Assembly (NCBI RefSeq): GCF_028464065.1
Contig: NZ_CP116808.1
Coordinates: 1,199,886-1,263,885, forward strand
Length of the DNA stretch: 64,000 bases
Reading direction: 5' to 3'
DNA from: Saprospira sp. CCB-QB6
GTDB taxonomy: Bacteria; Bacteroidota; Bacteroidia; Chitinophagales; Saprospiraceae
Below, piece after piece: positions 17,006 through 27,196 of the stretch. The translations under genes and the position numbers were made by a program. The stretch's first letter is position 1; each line of letters starts with the position of its first letter. The notes under the pieces were generated by a model that made no database searches, was not told the origin of the DNA, and was given only the letters and a program-made list of their open reading frames with translations.

Positions 17006-20000
17006 TTAGTCCCCTTGTTGGTATTCATTTCCACAGGTTGATAGAGGAACGCGTTCTCCCTCTGCGGTAATGATATAAAGGCGTTGATTACGTGGATCTC
17101 TTTCGGGATCATCTGTACCGATATATTTTCTCCATTCTTTATTAGAGAGATTTCGACGAACCATAGCACAAAGTTGGCTCGCATAGCGGAACATATCCAC
17201 TTCATAGATTTTAACTTCTCCATTAGCGCAGCCTGTGAGGACTTTTTGTCCGTCATGGGTAAAGGCAACAGAGAGCACCCAATCTTCATGGTCTTCTAAA
17301 CGGACGGGTTGGAATTTAGGATCTTTGAAGGGAAACTCCTCTTCATTATCATAATTTTCATAAGCTTGATTCCAGATTTGCCAGAGCGTTGCTCTTTTAT
17401 CTAGGCTACCTACGACTAGCATTGTTCCATCATCAGAAAAGCTAAGGTCACTAATTTTTGCACTATGATAAATTAGGCGTTCGGGGACATAACGATTTCC
17501 TTGGTGATCTAGGCCATTTTTGTAGTGATAAATGTCAAAGATTAGCAAAGATCCGTCTTGATAGCCTACAGCTACGAATCGGCCTGTGGGGCTAATAGCT
17601 ACAGCTGTCGCATTGCGTTTGTTATATGGGTTTTCGAGTTTAAAATCCTCTTGGCCAGACTTAATATTCCAAATAGAGACATCAGGAGAGCCCCCTGCAC
17701 CAGCGACATGTTGTCCGTCAGCAGAAATAGCGATTGAAGTTACACGATAAGGAGTACGTTCCACGATAGGCGTTACTTCTCCCTTCATATTCGTATACTT
17801 AATACTGCGATCATCTCCTGTTGAAATCACGGCATTGCCACTGGGTAAAAACCCAAGATCCCAGACACGGCGACCGCGGTGTACATCGACCTTAAGCATA
17901 CGTTCTTCTTTGGCTACATCCCAAATTTCCATATAATCTTCATCGCCGGCACGGACCAGGAACTTTCCTTGAGCATTCATATCCATGCAACGGTATACTC
18001 TATTATTACGGTTACGCGTCAATACCTGAGGAGCGCCAACAGTTCTTTGATCTTCTTTATTATCAAAAACCTCCAAGGGCCATTTAAATAACCAACCATC
18101 AGAACCTGTAGTATAGACTTTTTGATCCCATTCTCCTTCTGCGGTAGAGACAACGATAGAGCGCATAGCTCCTAAGTGCGAAAGGCCTTCGGGGGGAACA
18201 TTAAGGCTATTAAAGTCAGGGTTATCTCTAACCCCTTGCATTTTATCTATAGCTTTATAAAGTGCCTCATAAATATAGGCATCATGCTTTTTTCCTCCAT
18301 TTACACGATTGAGTTCAAAAGCTTCTTTAGCTAAGAGTGCTTCTAAATCTGGCTCTTCTACTTTCCAAGATTTTACAGCGACCGACTGGGCCAAAGAAAG
18401 GCCTTTTGTCATAATTGCGTTGCGGCGTTCTTCTTGAGCGCGTTTTTCAGAGGCTATTGCATCACGGCGTGCTTGCTCTGCCTTTAGTCTGGCAATTTCC
18501 GCTCTTTGACGCTCTAGCTCTGCTGTATCTAAAGCAATTAGGGCCTTAGAACGAGCTTGATTTGCAGCTCTTGACTTTAGTTCAGCAATATCTGAAGAGC
18601 GAATAGCTTTTTCAGTTGCCTGACGAGCCAAAAAGCTTTCTCTTTGTGCGCGGTTAGCATTAACCTTAGCCATATATCGGCTTTCGTTAGCTCTTTGTTT
18701 CGCTATTTCTGCCTGATAAGCGGCTAAACGAGCTTCTTTTTCTTTGCGCCCAGCAATTTGCGCTGATCGGCGAGCACTATCTAGTGCGACTCCAGCGAGG
18801 AGCAAAAGAATTAAACAAATAGCACCAAAGCCCAAAGAAAGATATGTGATAAGCATACGCGTTTTACGTTTGCGGTCATCATCCTCCTTTTTATCTCGAA
18901 GTTTTTTATCCGAGGCTTCATGACTTTTATGTAAAAAGTCAATCGTTTCATCATAAGTAGTATTGTAACGAGAAGCCCAAGCTTTAGTTGGTGCCAAGCG
19001 TTCAGGATGCTCCTCATCATAAGTATGTGGCTCATACCATTTCAGCCCTAAACTCAGTTCAGGCTCTACCCAAAGAGCCCCTTTCCCCTCAAAATAGAGA
19101 GCAGCAGCAGTAGACAAGCGCATATAGGTCTCAGCAGCTTCATGCTCCTCTTCTGCCCAATGCGCCAAACGATCCCAATAAGAAATAAGACTTTCATGTG
19201 TAATACTTATAACTGTATCTAGCTCTAAGTCATCTCTATTGGGGGGGGCCTGTAAAAAACGACGATCAGCCCGAGAAAAAGCAACAATAACAGGGGCTAA
19301 AGCTTCTATATTTTTATCTGTAAGCTTACAAAGTTCTCCAACTGTAGCTACTCTACGGCTGGCCGACCCATCGGCATTGCGCTCTGAAAGCGCCCGAAAC
19401 ATCCGTTGGCAAGTTACTTTTTGTTCCTCTGTTTTGAGCTTATTATAAGCTTCCTCTGCATGCACAGAAAGTGCCTCCTTAATTGTACCTACATTCTCAT
19501 AATGCTTAATACCTAAGGGCAAACTGGGGTCTGAATCTACCTCTACCCAATTATCCCAAACGCGCATCATCAAATGCTGTAAACGAGGTAAGTCATCAAA
19601 ATCCTCCCCAATATCGGCAATCATTCGACTCACAAGATCAGGTGCAATTGCTGCTCCTACAGCCTTAACTGGCATAATCATGACCTTTTTGAGTTCTTCT
19701 ACCTTCATCTTAGGAATTAAGAACTGCCCATCATTAATGGCCTCTGGTAAGCCCCTAAAATCTGTACAACGCCCAATATAATCCGAGCGCATTGTCAATA
19801 CAATATAAATGGGCGCCTCTCGCTGCCTAGATGCATTGAGCAATAAGTTGACAAAGGTGGCTGCATCTTCTTGTGCTGCTGAAGAAGTTTTTGCAAAAGC
19901 AAAAATCTCCTCAAACTGGTCAATGACTACCATCAAATTGGCCCGCTCTACATCCGCATCCTTATATGCGTCAACCAAACCCAAGCTTCCTCGGCGCAAG

Positions 20001-20365
20001 GTTTTCTCTACAATAGCAGGATAGTTGGGGTCCATTTTAGTATCAGGATGCAAAACCCCTCTAGAAGCCAACTGTCGACTTAAATTTCCAATAGGGTTAT
20101 TGCCAGGCTGACAAACTGCAACCCGCCAATTCTGCCCAGCCTGTCCAGCAAAACCATCATTTAGTTTAGGGACCAAGGCTGCCCGAACTAGCGAGGACTT
20201 ACCACTGCCTGCCCCCCCTACTAAAGCCAAAAAACGATTGCCACGAATCTTGCGTAACAATTCATCAAGCTGCTTATTTCTTCCAAAAAAAAGCTCTCTC
20301 TCTTTGGCCTCATAAGGACGCAAACCAGGATAAGGTTCCTTAGTTAAAATTTCAAAGGATGCCAT
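17006..20365 (-). CDS. STAND-type P-loop NTPase with one TM helix, a long coiled coil and a C-terminal WD40-like beta-propeller
   Basis: N-terminus PYPGLRPYE..FFGR..LALVGGAGSGKSSLVRAAL (Walker A), VVIDQFEE (Walker B), TM segment LITYLSLGFGAICLILLLLAGV, an Ala/Arg/Gln-rich coiled coil, then WD-like repeats. Confidence 0.85.
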   Translation of the reverse strand: MASFEILTKEPYPGLRPYEAKERELFFGRNKQLDELLRKIRGNRFLALVGGAGSGKSSLVRAALVPKLNDGFAGQAGQNWRVAVCQPGNNPIGNLSRQLASRGVLHPDTKMDPNYPAIVEKTLRRGSLGLVDAYKDADVERANLMVVIDQFEEIFAFAKTSSAAQEDAATFVNLLLNASRQREAPIYIVLTMRSDYIGRCTDFRGLPEAINDGQFLIPKMKVEELKKVMIMPVKAVGAAIAPDLVSRMIADIGEDFDDLPRLQHLMMRVWDNWVEVDSDPSLPLGIKHYENVGTIKEALSVHAEEAYNKLKTEEQKVTCQRMFRALSERNADGSASRRVATVGELCKLTDKNIEALAPVIVAFSRADRRFLQAPPNRDDLELDTVISITHESLISYWDRLAHWAEEEHEAAETYMRLSTAAALYFEGKGALWVEPELSLGLKWYEPHTYDEEHPERLAPTKAWASRYNTTYDETIDFLHKSHEASDKKLRDKKEDDDRKRKTRMLITYLSLGFGAICLILLLLAGVALDSARRSAQIAGRKEKEARLAAYQAEIAKQRANESRYMAKVNANRAQRESFLARQATEKAIRSSDIAELKSRAANQARSKALIALDTAELERQRAEIARLKAEQARRDAIASEKRAQEERRNAIMTKGLSLAQSVAVKSWKVEEPDLEALLAKEAFELNRVNGGKKHDAYIYEALYKAIDKMQGVRDNPDFNSLNVPPEGLSHLGAMRSIVVSTAEGEWDQKVYTTGSDGWLFKWPLEVFDNKEDQRTVGAPQVLTRNRNNRVYRCMDMNAQGKFLVRAGDEDYMEIWDVAKEERMLKVDVHRGRRVWDLGFLPSGNAVISTGDDRSIKYTNMKGEVTPIVERTPYRVTSIAISADGQHVAGAGGSPDVSIWNIKSGQEDFKLENPYNKRNATAVAISPTGRFVAVGYQDGSLLIFDIYHYKNGLDHQGNRYVPERLIYHSAKISDLSFSDDGTMLVVGSLDKRATLWQIWNQAYENYDNEEEFPFKDPKFQPVRLEDHEDWVLSVAFTHDGQKVLTGCANGEVKIYEVDMFRYASQLCAMVRRNLSNKEWRKYIGTDDPERDPRNQRLYIITAEGERVPLSTCGNEYQQGD

Positions 20366-20803
20366 ACTTTATATATAGTGTTAGTCTTGGGGAAGTTTTG
20401 GCAAAATAATGTTGCCTAGATGATTCTTCTCAGTGTAGTATGTTTTCAGCTTTAAGATAAGCGAATTATCCAGAATAATAAAACACCTCCTTAATTATTC
20501 CTTAAAATCAGAAGCGCCTTTTTTCTTTCTAACTTTACTTTTGCTTCTCCCCACTCGACACAAACCAACTACTGTATTAGTTCTAGCAAAAAGCTTGATG
20601 AAATACCAAAATTACCCATGAACAATAACTTAATATGCTTCAGAGACTAAACTATTCCCCAGAAAAAAATCTACTCTTTTGCACAAAATTTAATTTTGCC
20701 CTCCTACTTTAATTAGTATCTTAGCCCCGGAAAGCAGCATTTTCAGCATTCAATCCGCTTAAAATACTGCGACCCAATTCTTTAAGATCAAAACTTCAGG
20801 AAT

Positions 20804-21811
20804 ATGGCCAAGCGAAAAAAGAAGCCTGCTTTTTCAAAAGAACAGTACCTATCTTGGTACGAATTGATGTACCTCACACGCAAATTTGAAGAGCAGTGTA
20901 ATATTGTATATTATCAGAAAAAAATTCGTGGATTTCTCCACCTATGTATTGGCCAAGAAGCTATCTATGCCGCTATGCAGTCTGCCTGCCGCAAAGAAGA
21001 TTCTTGGATTACCGCCTACCGCGTTCACGGGATGGCACTAGCCGCTGGCATCTCCGCCAACGAAACTATGGCCGAACTCTATGGTAAGGCAACTGGCAAC
21101 GTTAAAGGCAAAGGAGGCTCTATGCACTTCTTTAATGCCGAACGCAATTTTTATGGCGGCCACGGTATCGTGGGCGGCCAAATCGGCCTCGGCGCAGGTA
21201 TCGCCTTTGCCGATAAATATAAAGGAAATGACAATGTAACCCTCGCCCTCTTCGGCGATGGCGCCTCTCGCCAAGGTATCCTACACGAGAGCTTTAATAT
21301 GGCCATGACCTGGAAACTTCCCGTGCTCTTTATTTGCGAAAATAATAAGTACGCTATGGGCACCTCTGTAGAACGTACCTCGAATGTGACCAACCTTCAC
21401 CTCCTAGGAGAAAGCTACAAAATGCCCAATAAAGCCATTAACGGCATGGACGTAGAAGTTCTTCACAACGAATTGAGCGAAGCTATCGACTATATCCGCC
21501 AAGGTAATGGCCCCATGCTGCTCGAAATCGAAACTTACCGCTACAAGGGCCACTCTATGTCTGACCCCGCTAAATACCGGACCAAAGACGAAGAGAAAGA
21601 ATATAAGGAGAAAGACCCCATCGGTCGCGTAGAACACATTCTCCTAGAAAACAACATGATTACGGAAGAAGAATTGAAGGAAATTCAAAACCGTCTCAAG
21701 GAAGAAGTGAAGGCCGCTGTAGATTTTGCAGAAAATTCACCCCTCCCCCAACCCGAGCAATTGTACGAAGATATGTATGTACAAGAAGATTACCCTTTTA
21801 TCAAGGATTAA
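20804..21811 (+). CDS. pdhA: Pyruvate dehydrogenase E1 component alpha subunit
   Basis: TPP-binding region GDGASRQG..ENNKYAMGT and a typical E1-alpha N-terminus. Confidence 0.92.
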   Translation: MAKRKKKPAFSKEQYLSWYELMYLTRKFEEQCNIVYYQKKIRGFLHLCIGQEAIYAAMQSACRKEDSWITAYRVHGMALAAGISANETMAELYGKATGNVKGKGGSMHFFNAERNFYGGHGIVGGQIGLGAGIAFADKYKGNDNVTLALFGDGASRQGILHESFNMAMTWKLPVLFICENNKYAMGTSVERTSNVTNLHLLGESYKMPNKAINGMDVEVLHNELSEAIDYIRQGNGPMLLEIETYRYKGHSMSDPAKYRTKDEEKEYKEKDPIGRVEHILLENNMITEEELKEIQNRLKEEVKAAVDFAENSPLPQPEQLYEDMYVQEDYPFIKD

Positions 21812-21882
21812 ATAAATCTAGCCCTCGGGACACAAAGAGCAATGGAAGCTAATTCTATTGCTCTTTGTTATGTTTTGGGGCC

Positions 21883-22130
21883 TCCCGCCACAGGCGGGCG
21901 GTTACTCCTTTTAGTCGTCGAACTGCGGCCTAAAGGCCTTGTTGTCGTTCCGCAGCTCGCTGCTGTTTTGGGGCCTCCCGCCTGCGGCGGGCGCTACGTT
22001 CCGCAGCTCGCTATTCGCTCGGCCCTGCGGCGGCTTTGCCGCCTGGGTCTGGCCCTTTGGGCCACTGCTGCACATCGCTAGGCCTGCGGCCCTTCGGGCC
22101 TGTAGATCGCAACTCCCAAAACTTTTGGCC
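21883..22130 (+). repeat. Composite GC-rich element: GTTACTCC...GTCGTCGAACTGCGG module followed by variant B
   Basis: Two abutting modules. ORFs 21842-22313 are artefacts. Confidence 0.85.
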
Positions 22131-22131
22131 C

Positions 22132-22169
22132 AAAAAAGAGCAACTGAAAATTTTCAGTTGCTCTTTTTT
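22132..22169. terminator. Bidirectional rho-independent terminator
   Basis: Perfect palindrome aaaaaagagcaactgaaaa/ttttcagttgctctttttt at the 3' end of the minus-strand injection-system cluster. Confidence 0.65.
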
Positions 22170-22183
22170 AATGATATATCTAA

Positions 22184-22975
22184 TTACTCATCCGAATCAT
22201 CATCTAAGTTCATCGCTGTAGATTGTCCCTTAGGCATCATACTCGTATCATCCCAAAGTTTAGACACCCAAAAGCGAAGAACCGCCTGTTTCTTTTCCTC
22301 TTTATCAAGATAACCATAATTTCCAGCTGTCTTGGCTTCTAATCGGAAATTGGTTTCTGTTCCCGTCCAACGGAAACTAATTTTTCGCCAAAGCAAACCA
22401 TAACTAGCTTTAACGTGCTTTACTACACCTTGACCATAAGTAGCCGTAGCAATGGCATAAGTCAAAGCATATTTAGCTCTTTTCTTTCGTCCCGCAGCAT
22501 GCGCAATAATTTCAAAGGCTTGTACGCCCTCCAAATCGGAAACGATTGGGTGCCAGCGACCATCGGCAGGGATTTCTCCTTGAACAAAGGTACCTACGCG
22601 GCCATTTGCCCCAAGCATTCCATTTACCTCTAGCTTAAAGTTGGGCAAAGTGGTCCCAATTCCAACATTACCTCCTTTGCGTAAGAAAAGGAGACTTTCA
22701 TTTTCGCCATCATTAAAGCTTAAGCCCTCGCTATGTGGAGTGGGATTCATAGAAACGCTAAACGAGGCTTGCGGGTCCCGAATGCTTTCATAGAAGCTCA
22801 TCAAGCGCTTATTTGGGCCTTGAGTGGCCAACATAAGGCCCTCCGTAGAACTTTGAGAAAAACCATCATCAACCTTATTGACGGTAGAGTCGATAAGGTC
22901 GGCAAAGTTTACTTCTGTGGGGACCATGCCCCTCTTGAATAGATTCTTGAGCGTGCTACGCGTGAGTAAAGCCAT
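22184..22975 (-). CDS. Putative baseplate-attached or tail-fibre-like protein (last gene of the cluster)
   Basis: 263 aa, co-oriented and downstream of the baseplate gene. The N-terminus (LKNLFKRGMVPTEVNFADLIDS) resembles phage fibre anchors only loosely. Confidence 0.6.
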   Translation of the reverse strand: MALLTRSTLKNLFKRGMVPTEVNFADLIDSTVNKVDDGFSQSSTEGLMLATQGPNKRLMSFYESIRDPQASFSVSMNPTPHSEGLSFNDGENESLLFLRKGGNVGIGTTLPNFKLEVNGMLGANGRVGTFVQGEIPADGRWHPIVSDLEGVQAFEIIAHAAGRKKRAKYALTYAIATATYGQGVVKHVKASYGLLWRKISFRWTGTETNFRLEAKTAGNYGYLDKEEKKQAVLRFWVSKLWDDTSMMPKGQSTAMNLDDDSDE

Positions 22976-23117
22976 TGGGTTAAATACTTTAACTTAGGTA
23001 AAGGCGGGTGAATGCCTCCAAATTTAAAAAATTGTTTGGAAAAGGCGCAGCCAAAACGATTTTATAATTTAGATTTTCTTAATAACGCCTTTATTTATTG
23101 TTTTTTGCTGCTTTTGA

Positions 23118-23285
23118 GGTGGCGGAGCCGCCTGTGAGCGAAGCGAGCCATGGCCCAGCGCTGCGCAGCAGTGGCCGCAGGCCAGACCTAGCGGGCGCAG
23201 CCCGCGCAGGGCCGAGCAGACTTGCGAGCTGCGAAGCATAGCGGCGGCCGCCCCACTATAAAGGGCGGCCGCGGGCCCCTAAAAA
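23118..23285 (-). repeat. GC-rich interspersed element, variant A reverse, plus a GCGGCCGC hairpin module
   Basis: gccagacc..gggccgagcag..., then agcggcggccgcccc..gggcggccgcgggc. Confidence 0.8.
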
Positions 23286-23307
23286 TGGTTATTCTAGGCC
23301 TAAAAAA

Positions 23308-23342
23308 GGCCCAAAAGTGCGGAAACTTCTGGGCCTAAGTTT
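23308..23342 (-). terminator. Terminator or attenuator after the baseplate gene
   Basis: On the minus strand, the hairpin ggcccagaag..cttttgggcc is followed by TTTTTT, immediately 3' of the stop at 23362. Confidence 0.45.
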
Positions 23343-23361
23343 TTATAATTTTCTAGCTCGT

Positions 23362-26300
23362 TTAATCGTCTAGTTCACGCTCTTCGGTCATTACAAAGTC
23401 TCCATCGAGCATCATATTGTCTAATCCAGCCTTGGCAGGTGATTGGAAAGCCACCTCGTCTAATAAGTAGAGTGGGTTTTTCTCGAAAGGAATGAGGACC
23501 GACCAAGGGGTAGTTGCCTTAAGTAAGGGAGAAGAAGAATTATCGATTGCGGTATCGCCTACATCAAAGCCTTCTCCGCTAGGGAATACCTGTACGGCAG
23601 AGAATTTCGTGACAAAATCGACATATTCTCTTTTTTCGATAAAGCTGAGGAGAACGTCTTTAGCTAGTGTTCCTCCTAGTTCTAATTCTCTTTGGCCGCC
23701 ATACATCCAGGGGCAGACAAAGTCCATAATATCCTTATTCAATTTTTTGAGAAAAGTACCGTTGTTCATGCCTTTTTGGAAGCGCAGACCGCCGGCTACT
23801 TTTACTCTTTCGTAAATAGGGTTACGGAGTTTAATATCGACAAAGGGGGAAGCTAAAGGAGTAAGATAATCTCGGATAGCCTCAAGAGTAGCGTTATTTA
23901 CCATAGGTAGGCGACCTTGATGAGCAGCCTTAATTCGAGGAACGACAACAAGGACCACTTGGCCTTTATCGACAAATTCTTCATGGCCAATATGGGTAAC
24001 GCATTTCACTTGAAAAATGTCGGGAAATTGATCGAGTACTAAGCGTTCATAATCCCAAGCAGACACTGCTCTTCCTTTATGGCGGAGGCGTTCGCTACTT
24101 CGGGTATAGAACTCTTTTTTATTTTCGCCAGGTCGTCCTTCAAAAGAGCCAAAAGGCTGTTGGACAGATCGAATTTGGACCAATGGATTGACCAAATTTT
24201 TGATCTTATTAGCGGCTAGTTTTTCTTCTAAGTGTTCTACTTCGTCTTCGGGTTCTCCAGCCCAGGTTGCAGAAATAGCTTGTGTTGATAGGTGAAGGAC
24301 AGTGGGCATTCGGCTTGCATCTCCGCGGAGAGAGGCTCGCAGCCAAAACTTACCTTTTTCGAAGATCGTGTTATTCTCAGAAATATCTCTGGGGATATCG
24401 AAGGTGATAATTCCAGAATTATTAAAGAAATTGGTGGTATCGTTTAGAATTTGTGTCTGAGAGAACTCCTTCCACTCATCATTTACGAGAAAGCTCCATA
24501 CAATTTCGGCTTGTTTGGCCTCACTGCTTCGGCCCTTCATCATAGAGAAATAGTCTTGATTCTCTTTGAGCTCGAAGTAGACAGAAAGAGTTGCTGGTGG
24601 GTTGAAGTCTTTGATTCCGAGGAAGAGATAAGCATCCTCGTCATAAGCGGGCAAAAGTGTGGGCTTAATTGGGCGGCCTTGAGAGAAGTTACGCATCACG
24701 CCAAAGGGGTGAATATGGAAGAGTTCTTCTACTACACCGCCAGAGCTATTCACTGTACCGATAGACATAATATTAACTTGAGCGGTTGCTGTATAGTCAA
24801 TACTCATGTTTCTGATTACAGGAGTAAAAGGTTGATTCGGAAGCTTTTTCTTCTCTTTAGTTTTGGGGTCTGCGTTATAAGCAGCCACATCAGCATAAAG
24901 ATTTGGAAACTCATCATGGGCGAATGCAGAGGGTGGATTTGTTAATTCCATACGGAAGTAGCCAGTCTGCGTTTCGCTGGTATAAGTGTCTAGTTGTTTA
25001 AGGTCTGCTTGAGGTTCGAGATCAAAAAGCTTAAGATCGATATTATCTAGGCAAGTGGCCGAGCTAATACCGTGAACGTTATCTTCATCCTGTTCAAAGA
25101 GGAAATATTCTTTGACATTATTCTTAGCTTCAGGGAAGAACTCTCCTTCTCGCAAAGCGGATAGTTTGATTCGGTAATCCTCATTTCGAACTCCTAGGCC
25201 ATACTCACGATAGTAGCCTCGGAGGCCTTTTGTATTATCGGGTAGATTATGCCAGTTAATATTGATTTTCAGATTGGTCAGTTCCTTTTTAAAGAGCTCT
25301 GTTTTTCCGATGAGAAGATAAGAACCAAGTTTTGGTGTAGGGCCAAAAGCTTGAAAAGGGATACTGCCTTCTAGTTGGCCATATTCATTGCTGAGGTTTA
25401 GGCGTTTAATTCCTTTAACCTCTACGTCGATGTTAATTCTTTCTAGGCTTAGCTCTTTAAGGAAAGAGTAAGAGTAGGTCACATTTTCATTTTGGTGAAG
25501 GACCTTCATCACAGGAAGAGTCGTGTCGAAGTCGGGGCCTAAAACGGCAGCATCGTAGCCTACAATAGCAGGAGCATTGGCTGAAACGGTAGCGAGCAGA
25601 CTAAACTCAGGGATGTTCCAATTTTCTGGAGGGAGTAGTTCGCAGCTTTTTGCTTCAATCCATCCTTCTTCTCCAGAGAGGAGTAGTTTCAGGCTATTTT
25701 TAAAAATTTTAGAGAAGGCATCTTCTTTAGAGAGCCCTTGATTACGGCTAATATCCTTAATTAAGAGATTAAGGGTATACATAGAAGACTTGTCAAATCG
25801 CATGCGCAATTTAATGCTTCTGTGTCCTTCTTCCATTTCTAAGATAGGAGCGGCCATAGCCCAACCTACTTCGGCATAGACCATTTGGCGTTCATCGGCT
25901 GCTTTCTCGAGTAGTTCTTCTCCGAAAGCGGGCCATTCCTCTTCATTATTGATAAAGCGTTTGCCTAAGCCATCTCTAGAGTTGGCAATAGGTGCGGCAT
26001 ACATATTAGTAATTAGGCGGTAAGAGCTACCGATACCAATTTTTGGATTTTTGCTTACAAAAAGCGTCTTCACCGAATCAACTTTAGCTTGATTCAATTC
26101 GATACCATAATCAGTTTTATAGCGAATAGGCTTGCCATTTTCGTCTACTCCAGCATCGAGTAGTGTACCTGCAGGCAAGAAAAAGCTATCAATATGTTTA
26201 GCTAAATTGAAATAGACATTCACCTGATCGGGTTGTAAGCCTCTTTCTTGCATTTTAAGCACATCGTAATAGTAAAAATCGAGATGCTTTTCGGTTAGGG

Positions 26301-27132
26301 TATTTAGGTGGTCCTGATTATGTTTAAAGAGTTTAACAAAAGCGATAAATAATGCTAAATCAGGGCGGTGATCATCTTTTTCTTTAAGTGATTTCTCTAG
26401 GTATTTTGGTGCTTCTTGTACGATATAGGAAAGCACACTATAAAAGGTCCGGAATTGCAGGCGGATCTTTTTGGTATAATCTTGAATTTTAAAATTGGCT
26501 CTAGGATCTTCTACTTCAATAGCGCGAGCAGAGAGCAACTTTTTAGAGGGGAACCAAATGCTATGAAAGTTCTCTTCAATTTCGTTGGGGCTATAAATCC
26601 CTGTTTGGTGAAACTCTAGATAGCGATCTTGTTCTAAGAGTTCGAGTAGGTTAGAAGAAAGCTGTTGTTTAATTGCGTTTTCCAATTCATTTTCCAGTTC
26701 ATCGGTATCGCCTGGTTGCAAGGTATTCATTTTGAGTGCATGCTCATACCAATCATTGAACTGTTTGGCCATATCGAAGACCTGGGTATACAGAGCCTTA
26801 AGCGCTTCTAGGCGACCAGCTGTGCGGGCTGCATTTTCTAGCTCAGTAATATATTTGGCGTGTTCCTGCTCAATTTTTTTAAGGTCGGTTGCAATAATTG
26901 AGGCCAAAAATACAGAAAGGTCATTGCGCAAAAAGCGCGACCAATCTCCTGCGGGGGAGTTAGTTTGGTCATAGAACTGGACCATTTCGGCATATTTGGC
27001 AGAAAAGGCAAGGAGGTCACTAGTAGAGCGTTCATCTACCTTAATATATTCTGGGATGAGGGCTTTGAGCAATCGTTGGCTCTGCGTTACGCCATTCCAG
27101 GATAGGCTAGATTTATTCTTTTTGGTACTCAT
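23362..27132 (-). CDS. Large baseplate protein (Afp11/gp6 baseplate-J-like, possibly fused with a gp7-like part)
   Basis: 1256 aa, directly downstream of the gp25-like and PAAR genes. Size and position match eCIS baseplate wedge proteins. No motif confirmed by eye. Confidence 0.7.
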   Translation of the reverse strand: MSTKKNKSSLSWNGVTQSQRLLKALIPEYIKVDERSTSDLLAFSAKYAEMVQFYDQTNSPAGDWSRFLRNDLSVFLASIIATDLKKIEQEHAKYITELENAARTAGRLEALKALYTQVFDMAKQFNDWYEHALKMNTLQPGDTDELENELENAIKQQLSSNLLELLEQDRYLEFHQTGIYSPNEIEENFHSIWFPSKKLLSARAIEVEDPRANFKIQDYTKKIRLQFRTFYSVLSYIVQEAPKYLEKSLKEKDDHRPDLALFIAFVKLFKHNQDHLNTLTEKHLDFYYYDVLKMQERGLQPDQVNVYFNLAKHIDSFFLPAGTLLDAGVDENGKPIRYKTDYGIELNQAKVDSVKTLFVSKNPKIGIGSSYRLITNMYAAPIANSRDGLGKRFINNEEEWPAFGEELLEKAADERQMVYAEVGWAMAAPILEMEEGHRSIKLRMRFDKSSMYTLNLLIKDISRNQGLSKEDAFSKIFKNSLKLLLSGEEGWIEAKSCELLPPENWNIPEFSLLATVSANAPAIVGYDAAVLGPDFDTTLPVMKVLHQNENVTYSYSFLKELSLERINIDVEVKGIKRLNLSNEYGQLEGSIPFQAFGPTPKLGSYLLIGKTELFKKELTNLKININWHNLPDNTKGLRGYYREYGLGVRNEDYRIKLSALREGEFFPEAKNNVKEYFLFEQDEDNVHGISSATCLDNIDLKLFDLEPQADLKQLDTYTSETQTGYFRMELTNPPSAFAHDEFPNLYADVAAYNADPKTKEKKKLPNQPFTPVIRNMSIDYTATAQVNIMSIGTVNSSGGVVEELFHIHPFGVMRNFSQGRPIKPTLLPAYDEDAYLFLGIKDFNPPATLSVYFELKENQDYFSMMKGRSSEAKQAEIVWSFLVNDEWKEFSQTQILNDTTNFFNNSGIITFDIPRDISENNTIFEKGKFWLRASLRGDASRMPTVLHLSTQAISATWAGEPEDEVEHLEEKLAANKIKNLVNPLVQIRSVQQPFGSFEGRPGENKKEFYTRSSERLRHKGRAVSAWDYERLVLDQFPDIFQVKCVTHIGHEEFVDKGQVVLVVVPRIKAAHQGRLPMVNNATLEAIRDYLTPLASPFVDIKLRNPIYERVKVAGGLRFQKGMNNGTFLKKLNKDIMDFVCPWMYGGQRELELGGTLAKDVLLSFIEKREYVDFVTKFSAVQVFPSGEGFDVGDTAIDNSSSPLLKATTPWSVLIPFEKNPLYLLDEVAFQSPAKAGLDNMMLDGDFVMTEERELDD

Positions 27133-27196
27133 GCTAAGGTGCGCTTAAGAGGATGGTTATTGTTGTTCTGATAGTGATAGTTGGGGCTATAGTGAT

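Noticed and set aside
16987-17289. 100-aa ORF overlapping the 3' end of the STAND NTPase gene
   Set aside because: It is out of frame within the C-terminus of the 1119-aa gene and has no independent support.
17006-20365. STAND NTPase as an Afp15/ClpV-like assembly or recycling ATPase
   Set aside because: The Walker motifs are of STAND/NACHT-like type with a single NTPase domain followed by TM, coiled coil and WD40. There is no double AAA+ ring or ClpV N-domain. Reported separately as an unusual signalling protein.
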